A stretch of DNA of 64,000 bases. It comes from Takakia lepidozioides. Taxonomy: Eukaryota; Plantae; Bryophyta. Shown here in pieces: positions 25,007 to 35,938 of this stretch. Location: assembly GCA_030704615.1 (NCBI GenBank), contig CM060731.1, positions 69,130,001 through 69,194,000 of the forward strand. Direction: 5' to 3'. The notes beneath the pieces were generated by a model. That model had not been told where the DNA came from, did no database searches, and was given only the letters and a program-made list of their open reading frames with translations. Numbering within the stretch: the first letter of the stretch is position 1; every line of letters begins with the position of its first letter. The translations under genes were made by a program, and so were the position numbers.

Positions 25007-26390
25007 GATTAAGATGTCGTTGACGACATCTTAATCGAGCAAATCCAAAACCCCACAATGTCATGAAATGGGAATCAAAGTTGAAAGATGCATGGGCATT
25101 ACCAGGGTGAGGAAAGAGCAGAGGTGGTCCCATGCAGGAGATTTGACCCCTGTGAATGTGGACTTCCTGGACTCCATCATACGTAGGAAGCTAACGTTTG
25201 CCGTTTCCGTTGGAACTGCGGACCCACTACTCTGGAGACGCAAAGTCGGGCTTCGTAAGGTCGTTTCCCTGCCCTGTGGTTAGTCCTTTCATCAGCTATC
25301 ACGGAAATCTGCTGGACCTCTGTACGCACAATGCGATAATCTGCCTATGGGTGATCAAGAACTGCCCCACCAGTCCCTGCAGGCCCTGACCCAGAATCAA
25401 CGGCAGCCATAGCACCGGCAGACCCACCTGCCTCCGCAGTCTGTTTCCCTTTGTTTTTCTTCTTCCCACCCGCGGGGGTGGACGTCTTTGCTGGCTCCTT
25501 CTTACTCAGCTGCGCAAGGAACCTAGCCTGCAACTCCTCATCTGTCCAGGGTGCCAAGGCATCTGCATTCTCATTCTGATTCCTCAAGACGTTCTCCTCC
25601 CACGGAGTGGACTGCCGAGGGCAATCGAGGTACCACCCGCAGTCGCTGTAATGTGCCCGACCCCAGTCCTTCACAATTCCCGCTGTGAACATGGTGGTGT
25701 CGTCGTCTGGGTTTGCCCATCCACGAATAAAGTCCGGATCATCACTGAGAGCCTTATCTGGAATAAGAACGAAGTGAAAGTACCTGCATCCACACCAGTG
25801 TTCTTACTCAAAGCATATATCCCCACAGACCACAAGAACTCACCTGTTCACTGCATATTTGCATACTACACCTTAAGATGTCATTGACGACATCTTAAAA
25901 TCCAGGAACTTGAAGAGAAATTGAAGAGATACAGAACAACAGAAAACAGACATGCTCAACTGAACTATTTCCGAGAGCCCAAAGAACAGCCATTTAAGAT
26001 GTCGTCAACGCCATCTTAAATCAACCACTAACACCATGCGGGCGAGCCCGAATCCTTTCTTCCAAAAGTCCTCGGAGTACCTGTTCCAACGCACATGGTA
26101 TTTTTTCGTTGTCTGACGAAAAATGACTTGCTGGACTACAAAAGGATGCCTATTACGACCTCTTAAATTGCAGGAAGCACAACAAAAGAATGAAGACCTG
26201 CAGATGAACAAGAAACAGATGTGCAACTGTACAGTTTTGAAGAGCCCAAAGGGCACCGATTTAAGGTGTCGTCAACGCCACCTTAAATCGACCTAGTTCA
26301 TACATCGAATTCTTTGTGTTAGTACCGAAAAATTGCTATTTGCACTACAAACAATGCCTGTTTTAAGATGTCGTCAACGACATCGTAATG
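25007..26390. repeat. Five dispersed copies of the same 30-bp palindrome (two more at 29818 and 29932)
   Basis: Copies at about 25007, 25871, 25992, 26259 and 26361, all lying between inferred exons of the accessory gene. Confidence 0.9.
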
Positions 26391-28188
26391 TAGTGCCATC
26401 AACATAAAAGGCAGTACATGTACAGAACTCGTTTCATTGCCTGCTCCCTGTTATACTGATGGTCAAAGTCCTGCGAGCGCAGTATCCCCCCTTCCTTCTC
26501 GAACTCACGGAAAAATGCATACTTCCACAGCTCTCTTCTCCATTTCTGAACGTATGACTGGAACTTGATGCTCGGAGTGGTCATTGTGATCTTGTAGTCC
26601 AGTAGTGATTTCTCAAAAGTATCTATTGCCCGCTTCTCCAGCTGCACAACCATCCGCCACATTTTGAGTTAATCAACATAAGAAACCATGTACTCATTGC
26701 TGGAATAGTCACAATGTTTTTATAGTCTCACCTAGCTCTAGAAGGTCGCTTTGTGCAACCAAGTGTCGAATGCGCAGTCGCTGACAGGTGTCACCACCCC
26801 AGTCTCAGGGTCCTTCATTGGTTTTGGGAAATTGTTTGTATCCCGGATGATTGGATCCGAGTTCCAGATTTCCAGCCACCTCACTTTTTGAGCAGGGTCA
26901 ACCATGGAAATTGAAAGGCGGTGGAGCTTTTCCTGTGTCATCTCTGGCTTAGTGGGCTTGTTCCAGTGGATCCAAACCTGCTCCAGAAACCCCTTTCCCA
27001 ATCCGGGGTCAGCGATTCGGATGTGTTTGTCGAACCCGCTCTTCAGGTTCTTCCTGCACGTATCCATGTCCGCCTTCATTTTTGCCTCCACCCCGTTTGT
27101 CGTTCTCTCATCCTCATCTGTAGTGGCGTAATACTCCAGCTTGGCTCGTTCTCCCACTTCTGCTATTTCTTGCTGTGACACACCCATGTAACCCTCGTGT
27201 CAACAAAACCAAAGCAAAAACATGACATATCCATAATTCAAGAAGAATGGCAGTCCGCACATAAACTCACCGCGTACAAGTAGTCGAGAAACACCTCCCT
27301 TGTCAGGTTGTACCAAGTCTCATTCTTCTTGATCGTTTGGCACTTTTTCAGTGTGTCCGGGGACGAGACACTGGCAAATGCTTCCAATGGCATCACTCCT
27401 ATGCTTTGCATACAAAACAAGGAATGGACTATGTTGGTGGTGACATGGGATGTCTCCGTCCCCCTGCAATGCGAACAGGTCAGTTCACAAAGTTTAAAGA
27501 TTGACAGAACAATGAAATTGGAGACAAGAAGTGGGCAAGACTCTTACTTGTTGATATCGTGCATTGCAGTTAGAAGCTGCGTGAACTTCCCCTCCGGATC
27601 GAGGACCATTGACTGAACCCGATAGTGCCACTCTTTGTTCTCCGCATACATCCTGCTGATGTACTCCATCCAGGCCACCAAATGGTGGTTGCCATCCCAG
27701 ACAAAGAGCATTTTGTTCATGTACTGGATGTGTGCTGGGTTCTGTGAAAGCTCAATCTCAAACTCCGTATTCACTTCTTTCCAAAGCGGGTCCCAACTGT
27801 CCATTACATCGAGGTCAATCAATTTCTCAGATCCCTGGAGATCAGTCAGTGACACGTAAAACACAGTCGAACCCTTCAATTACCCATGGATAAAATCCCC
27901 CTGTAGCTTCTTGATGTCGTGGTGAAGGGCAGGCCGAACTGCTGGCATAGAAATCATCCGGCACAGAGGAATGAAAAGAGTGCCGTCTTTCACTTCCATG
28001 GAGTTGATACTTTCCTCGAGTTCACCTTGGTGGTGTACATAAGAGAGTGCACCTTGGCTTCATAGTTGGCATCCACAACAACGTCCCTGTCTTCAAGAAC
28101 AACTGTTTCCTCTGCAGGCTGGCTTCCCCCGGCTTTCTTTCTCTTTTTCTGCAAAATGCAATGTGTTAGGACACACAAATCATGGCAC

Positions 28189-29385
28189 GATTAAGATGTC
28201 ATCAACGACAGCTTAATTTGCTGTTATTCCAGGGTGATTTCCCAATGTTTGAGGGTCAATGCAGTTGTAGATTAAGGTGTCGTTGACGACATCTTAATTT
28301 GTTGTAGTTCTAGAGTGTTTCAGAGTGCTTCAGTGTTTCAGAGTGATTTTCTCATGTTTTGGGTTCAATTCATTGGAGATTAAGATGTCGTCAACGACAT
28401 CTTAATCTGCTATAGTTGTAGGGTGATTTTCTCATGTTTTGAACTGAATGCAGGAGCAGATTAAGATGTCGTCAACGCCACCTTAATCTGCTGTAGTTGT
28501 AGGGTGTTTTTTGGATGTTTTATGTTGAATTCATTGGCAGATTAAGATGTCGTCAACGACAGCTTAATCGGCTGTTTTTCAAGGGTGATTTCCCCATGTT
28601 TGAGGTTCAATGCAGTGGCAGATTAAGGTCTCGTTGACGACATCTTAATCTGCTATAGTTCTAGTATGCTCCAGAGTGATTTTCTGATGTTTTGGGTTCA
28701 CATAATTGGAGATTAAGATGTCGTTAACGACATCTTAATGTGCTACAGTTGTAGGGTGTTTTTCTCATATATTGGACTGAATGCAGAAGCAGATTAAGAT
28801 GTCGTCAACGCCACCTTAATCTGCTGTAGTTGTAGGGTGTTTTTTGGATGTTGTAAGATCAATTCATTGGCAAATTAAGATGTCGTCAACGACAGCTTAA
28901 TCGGCTGTTTTCCTAGAATGATTTCCCCATGTTTGAGGTTGACTGCAGTGGCAGATTAAGCTGTTGTTGACGACAGCTTAATCTGCTGTAGTTGTAGACT
29001 GTTTCTCCCATGTTTGTTTTGATTGCAGAGGCAGATTAAGGTGTCGTTGACGACACCTTAATCTGCTGTAGTACTAGACTGTTTTGCCCATGTTTTGGGT
29101 TCAACTCATTGGTAGATTAAAATGTCGTCAACAACACCTTAATCTGCTATAGTTCTAGGGTGTTTTGCCAATATTTTGGTTCAATGGGGAGGCAGATTAA
29201 GATGTCGTCAACGACATCTTAATTTGCTATTTTTCAAGGTGATTTCCCCATTTTCGAAGTTGAATGCAGTGGCAGATTAAGCTATCGTCAACGACAGCTT
29301 AATCTGTTGTAATTCTTGGGTGTTTTCTCCATGTTTTTGATAGAACATAGGGGTAGATTAAGGTGTCGTCAACGACACCTTAATC
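28189..29385. repeat. Array of 15 x 30-bp palindromes in an about 81-bp period, inside an inferred intron
   Basis: GATTAAGVTGTCGT(CA/TG)ACGACABCTTAATC starting at 28189, 28270, 28378, 28459, 28540, 28621, 28711, 28792, 28873, 28954, 29034, 29115, 29195, 29275 and 29356. Confidence 0.95.
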
Positions 29386-31069
29386 TTCCTTCACTTTAAT
29401 CTTCCTAAGTAAACCTTTACCCGCAAAGGTGACCTTTTAGGTAGCATTATCGACACCTCAATCTAACTCCTTTATGTTGCAAAGACCATGGATTCGAATG
29501 TATGAACTAATCTTCTCTGGCTTCGTTCCTCCGCTGGAAGACCCGCCCCCCACTGCACGCCTTCTGCCTTGCACCTGACTCTTCTCCTTCACGGATTGCG
29601 GAGGCACTTGTGTGTTTTTCTCCTGCCCCTCAATGCCTGTGACCTGTCGTGGACACTGCATTATTTGCACCTCCTCCTCCTGAGCGACATGACCCTGCTC
29701 TGGCAGGGTCTGCTCTTGAACTGCAGGATCCACAGATGAGATCGGACGCTGACTCTCCCAAGCCTTCTTCCACTTTCTCTACCAAAAAACATAATGAAGG
29801 TAAGCATTGCAGGCCCAGATTAAGGTGTCGTCAACGCCATCTTAATCCTATACATATTGCAGGCTGTTGCACTCATACAGAGACAACATTGGGCTCGCTA
29901 GAACTAAGAGCTCTGCCTCTCGGAGATGGCAGATTAAGCTGTCGTCAACGACAGCTTAATCACCTTGCTCTGGACTTGTTCGAATCCCTTCCGAATGCAA
30001 TGGTGGACATGATGCGATGCCGTTTTAAGCAATCGTCAAAGTCATCTTCAACTCAAATGTATGTTTCTTACTGCTCTTCTTATCGCTTCGAGTCAGGGAA
30101 CAAAGTCATGTAAAGCCAATGTGCTGCTGAACTCACCTGGATCAAACTCTGTCCACCGCTGGAAGTGTCCTCCTCTCCCAGCCCGACGTTGCTTTCCGCT
30201 TGAGCCTTCTCCTTCAACGGGCGCAAAGACAGTTGCATGGAGGAGGGCCGCCCCCTTGTCGGCAGGCCCCTCTGCGGACTTTGCTGCGTTGCCTCCTCCT
30301 CCGCAGGATCACCGCTCTCCCTTCCGACTTCCTCCTCCTGTATCGGTTGCAATAGAGGCAGCTCCAACCGATCCTCGAGTTGCTTGTCCAGAATGGGCTC
30401 CTTCCCTGCCAGACTCTCCATCCCTTCGCCCACAGAACCCTCCCCCTCACGATCGCTCCCTCCCTCTGACAAATTCAAAGCCCTCCCAGCTTTCTTCATC
30501 CTCTCTCTCGCTCTCAATCTCTGCCTAGCAGACGTGAAGTACAGAGACTGCCTTCTCGCTCTCTTCTTTCTGGAAACGCTCTCGTTCTTGGGATGCTCCA
30601 ATGTGGCGAGTCTGAAATGATGAACGCCAGAATGTAACCTCCAAAGACATCCCTCGGGCAAATGACAAAAATCGATGGCGGTTAGGTTTTCATCCCTCCC
30701 TCTCAAGGAATGACTAATCATCCAAAAACGTAACGGCTCATAATTGGGGTTTTCATTTTTCGGCGGGATGCTTGCGGGCTGTCTCGTAGAGAACTCGACA
30801 CCTGTTGCCCTTGCAAGACACTTAAATATAGGCATGTCACGTATCCATGTTAGACATAAGGGGTTCGACCCACACCGCAGTCACTGAGGATGTGGCATCT
30901 GCAAGTCGGCCGCAATTCTTGCATGTCAGAATCATGTGTCCGGCGGTCTATGATATGACATTCATGGGATAAAATTCAGCAGTATCTGTCAGAGTCAAAG
31001 CCGACTACTAAACAACATGCAAAGAAATAATTTGCCTCAGCACCTTCACTCGGTGGATCCACTGAGACA

Positions 31070-34000
31070 TTGTCAGGAAATGGTTCCACGAATTCGGCCT
31101 TCCTGGTGTACTCTTGTCACCTGCTCTCCATTGCCCACACTCCCGTGCTCGTTCATGCAATGTCTCTCAACTCCGACGTCGCTGTTTTCTACTCCAACGC
31201 GCAAGCGGAGTACCTGAGTGCAGTAGCCGACGTGAATGGGCTCGCCGTAGTTCAAGAAGACTTGCTTTGCGTGACCTTTTGCTTTGAGGCAGGGACTATA
31301 CATGTAGTGAGAGAGGTGTATGACAAAGTGGGTAAGGTCAAGGGCACATGCGTTCAGAAACCACATTTGTCTGGCAGTCGGCGAGAGTGGAGAGTTCCAC
31401 CAGCAAAGTATCGCGTTCATGGGGATCAAAGACGTCTGTCGGGAGGTTCCATAGTCACGTCCAGAACAGCAGCTTCGGTGGCTCAGGTGCCCAAAACTCT
31501 GCCCATCAAAAGAGAAGAGACAACCTCCACCACATTTGTTGATATCTCCTATAGCTCAGAAGAGGACGTGTCGGAGCTCCCACCTCCTCCGAATCAACGT
31601 CTGTTGGGGGACCCCGATGTGCAAGAAATTGCAAGTGCCATACCGAAGTTGCAGTCCTTGAGGGGGTTGCCAGGATACAAGAGTGATGTGAGAGGCATTG
31701 ACTGGGATACACAGCGAATCGTTAGAGCAAAATACCTACCCAATGAATTTAACGGTGATATCATTTTTGAGCTGCCACCAGCGACATCCTCTGGGGGATT
31801 GGCAGGACGAATGGCGGGCATGGACAAGAAGCACGATGGACATCCATGGTGTCGGACAAAAACTTCCAATATATGCAATCCGCATGGCTTGAAGTTCCGT
31901 AGGTCGATTTGCGTTGGACACATTCGTTGTCCAAATGCATTTTGCCAGCAATTCCAAATGGACGGTTCGGCAAACGAGACAGAATGGGAAGGTGTCAACG
32001 ACAACCCTTTCAAAGTAGGTTGTGCTCCTGCAAGCAGTAGTACTCTTGTTTGCAATATCTGTAAATTGGTCCCACGGTGCATCGCAGATTGCAATGCACG
32101 TATGTACTACGTGCTTCACAATTGCAGTTACCTCACAAAGGCATGTATCCATATCGGCATTCATGCACATCCGGTGTCCCGAGGACAGTGCAGAGAGACA
32201 ATTGATACAGTCCGTTCACTGCTTCAACACGAAATTCATAGTGCTCCTGGTGCATCGCCATCAGCCATTGCTCTGGCAACAAGCAAAGGATTCCTACAAA
32301 AGTATTTGTTTGGGGAATCGCCGGAGTCCACCACTAAATTTGACACTGCCTCCCTTGACGATGTTCTGGACCATTTCTCAACATTCAGTTCTCCGAATGT
32401 GCGAAATCAAATCAACGTCCTAAGGGGGGGTGCTGCCAACACAGGCTTTATGGATAGCATCCTGGAGTTAAAACGTATAAGCCGATATGAATTCATCAGG
32501 ACAGTGTTTTCCCGGGGCAAGGTGCCAGGAAAGTGTACTTATTCAAGATGTCCACAGTTGGTGAGGGATCGGGAGTTAGTCTTGTGCGAAGAATGCAGCC
32601 TGGTGGTGATCTTCACAAATCCTGGGTTATGTTTGATCACGTGAAACGTGTGAAGGAATGGATGACCATGGCCTATCATGTATACGATCCTGCATACCTG
32701 AGAGTGATGACTGTTGCTATTTGTGACATGCAATCAGATGACACAGAGTCACAAATTCTTATGTGGAAGTCCCTTGTTAACGTCGTGACAGCTCATGGTG
32801 TCCCAGATCCAAACTTCACTGGGTTCATGGCTGACAGTGCTCAAGCGAATTGGAATGCTGTCCGTACAGTTTTTGGTTCAAGCGACCCCGAAGTACCAAT
32901 GGAAGGCCGGGAACGCACTTGCCTCTTTCATTGGAGCCAGTCCCTACAACGCCACACAAAAAGTTCCATAAAACTGGAGTTGCGGGAGGAGCATATGAGA
33001 CTATGCCGTTTGTATAAAGATGCCACCTCCCGAACAGGAAGCCAACTCTATGTTCCAGACTATTCGAGAATGGTGGTACACATCTGAGGCAGCCAGTCTG
33101 GATGGAATCAAAGAACTGGAAGGCTGGTTGGGGTTCTGGCACTTCAAATATAGATAGTGGGGTGCCTTCATGACAACTGTAAGTTATTAGCGAATTAGCA
33201 TGATTTTCCTTTATTCCTTCTCGTCGGAAGATATATCATGGAACGAACAGGCCCTCCAATCCAGTTCTTATGTTGCTGTACGTAATCATGCTTGTGTTGA
33301 ATTGCATGCAGAACATGTCACTGGAGGACATTGCCGATATGCCCTCCTGCAATCTAGCGGAGACTGTGCATAGTCAGTGGATAGCACAATCCGGCAAAAA
33401 AGGGAGGAACCTCTACGTTGCGACTGCAGATGACATGCCGGGCTGTTTCGCAACAAACAAGGTACCGAGACTTCCTGAGGGGAGGGGGAGCTGGCAAAGG
33501 TCCAGACAGGGAAGAGTTGCTACTCAGGGCTGCAAAATGGCGCGTGCTGTGAATGAGTTCACAAATGGAACACCTTTGCAGTCCAGGCTCCCACATCTGG
33601 AAGGGGAGGAAAGATTCGGTTCATGCAAGCGCAAACTTGACACCCCCACCGGATCCGCTGGTGGCTCCCATCGGCATGACAGGATAATTACTCAATTCCT
33701 TGTGTGCCTGTGCGGCCTCCGACATTCGAATCTGGCAATCCCTCTGTCGGCGCCTGTTCTTCTGCTGTATAGAATGCTTCATATCCCTCTGCTCCAGTGC
33801 GGGGAGAGGGAGAGATGATGCTGGCGGTGGAAGAGTCCGATTGTGTGGATGCAATATGGCACATTGAACGGACAGCCCAAGGATCAAAAGTTGGGTGTTC
33901 TGCACTTAGGGCATTGTCCTTTGTGAAATTCACCAGCAAGATTTCTAGGGGCGGAGGTGGGACTCTTGCCCCGTCTTTCACTGGTTTATTCAGACATTAC

Positions 34001-34414
34001 GGTGCGCGAGAGTCCAGGCCTCACAAGTTCTGGTTTTGCCCTGATGACATTCAGCGTTGTGTGATGGGGACTTGCAGGGATTCAGTCCTCAGCAAGCCTC
34101 AAATTCCAGCCGTGTGGCCAGTGAAGTTGGGAACATGTCTGTCGAAGCAAGAAATTGAGATGTTGGAGGATGCCAAGTTTCGTCTTCCAAGAGGCCCAGT
34201 AGTCATAACACCAGTTTCATGTCGGGGTTCGCAATCCGCATTCCCCCCACATCCACCATATGGGAACGACTGGCCTACAAAACGAAATGGAAACCGGTCC
34301 GTCGTGTTGAGGCAGGTCCCAAAAATGATTGCAAAATTGAGTCAGCAAGAAACCTGCAGTGTCGGAGGACCCAAGTTGTTAATGTCCCCCCTCCAGGCTA
34401 TGGGCGGGTGTACA
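31070..34414 (+). pseudogene. MULE transposase, 5' part (GCM/WRKY-like Zn domain + DDE core); frameshifted, intron 33179-33311
   Basis: HPWCRTKTSN..RRSICVGHIRCPNAFC..CNIC..CNARMYY..IHIGIHAHP; WVMFDHVKR (D1); FMADSAQANWNAVRTVF (D2); RTCLFHWSQSL (CxxH); SCNLAETVHSQW (E). Confidence 0.8.
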
Positions 34415-35330
34415 TGTTAGAGGGCTGCTTGGGACTTAGACGCTTTTATGGGTTCTGTGGGGTACCCTTAATTTTGCGCAGACTGAGACAACAGGAGCCT
34501 TAGGGGTGGCAGCAGGCAGGCTTTAGGGGGTATACAGCCTGACACAGCCCGACACAGCTTTACACAGCCAGTCATAGCCAGTCACAGACCGCCACAGCTT
34601 CGCACAGCCCGACACAGCCCGAAATAGCTTTACACAGCCAGTCATAGCCAGTCACAGCCAGTCATAGCCAGTCACAGCCAGTCACAGCTCGGCACAGCTT
34701 GACACAGCCTGTCACAGTACATGGGGAACAGTTATCATTGACAGGGAATGACTGTGAGGGAACGACATCTGAAGAGGGAACGTGTTACTCAGGGATGACG
34801 GTTAGTTAGTTAGGTGGTTAGAACAGTTTGCGGGCAGATAAGGAGAGCGGCAACGGAAAGAGGATGACTTCACGGGGAGCGCTTTTGGGTCATGGGAAGA
34901 GGAGATCAGGCGGAGGGCAAGAACGAGAGCACAGAGAAGGAGGAAAGATGAACAGTAGATGCTTATTACATGCAGAGCTGTAGTGATACTGTAGGGCGGA
35001 TTAGAGTCACCATGGCATTGGCCTGATACCTGATAAATCATAATCTGATATTTATTCGATACAATCACACTGTGTAGAGAGACATGAGTGAAGCTGTGAA
35101 ATGAATGCATGATAACTGGAACTAAGTAGATACTGAAGCGTATCAAAAAGGTTAAATTGATAACATGAAGGCAAGAAGGAATACAAATGGGAAGCACAAC
35201 CATGATTCACTAGCTGCAGGTATGACTCTGATAGTACTGGCGGGCTGAGTGCTTAGAGATATCCAACTCTTCATCTTGGAGTTTCCACCTCGGATTAGCG
35301 AAGGGATGGGTGAGTAAAAGCCGTTCGACA
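34415..35330 (+). repeat. 5' LTR copy A, containing 10-bp CACAGCC-type tandem repeats
   Basis: TG..CA boundaries; homologous to 46446-47389 and 55023-55975. Confidence 0.95.
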
Positions 35331-35350
35331 TTGGCGAACCATACTGGGAC
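35331..35350 (+). promoter_or_regulatory. Primer binding site (tRNA-Arg-like)
   Basis: TTGGCGAACCATACTGGGAC directly after the LTR; copy B has TGGCGACCATACTGGGGA at 55978-55995. Confidence 0.65.
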
Positions 35351-35938
35351 CTGGGTCATGAACAACCAGATGTGACAGGCATCTGGTAGGATCATGGTGG
35401 TTGGAGAATTAAAGAATATTATGTGAATCAAATTCCCTGTGAAACTGAGAAGGAAAGATTGTCCAAACAATTCTTTCAGGGGTTTCTGAATTGCCAGACG
35501 GTTGTAAGGAAAACATTCTTAAGAGAGTGCATGATGCTGACCCTGAGTGCGGTCTGGAGAAAGGAGTGATAAGATTTATCAAGTGGCCAGTAGAGGAAGA
35601 GCACGTTGGTTACCAACACTGGTTTATGTGATAGCGTTGCTATCCATTAAGCGAGTAGAGTAGAGTTGATGAGGCTGGGAGGAAAGGAAGGTGAATGTTT
35701 ATACTCATATGCATTGAAGAGCTTGTACTGGTAAAGAATTGGATTCCACAAGGATATTCTGTGGATCAAACCACACCAAGAACAGCTTTCCAGACTGTTT
35801 GCCATATGGTTATATGGTAACGGAGATTCTAGTATAGCCAAGGTGCATTGAAGCTTGAAAGAAACCCAGGCACATACACGAGAGATACTACAAAAGAGAG
35901 TTTTGTTATTGCCATTAAAGAAATGAAAGACATGGGAC

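Larger units (their letters stand above)
23595..30500 (-). pseudogene. Multi-exon accessory gene: acidic/disordered N-terminus, ParB/Srx-like domain, beta-class N4C/N6A DNA methyltransferase-like C-terminal domain (this copy has stops and frameshifts)
   Basis: ParB-like part at 27544-27990: LFIPLCRM..VRPAL..DIKKL..F..G..STVFYVS..FVWDGNHHLVAW. MTase-like part at 23924-24930: ADLVILDIPDG (motif IV position), FCNKFLSDAGGLLIF, PWRGAWEKSPVFMQTFIETCSRHGGKVVDLSMGTG|ASFHACKCAGRHLFGFEGDEELY (motifs X-I-II). ORF pieces are bounded by GT..AG sites. Confidence 0.7.

Noticed and set aside
28189-29385. CRISPR array
   Set aside because: Linkers are homologous to one another rather than unique spacers, repeat polarity flips, there are no cas genes, and the context is a eukaryotic intron.
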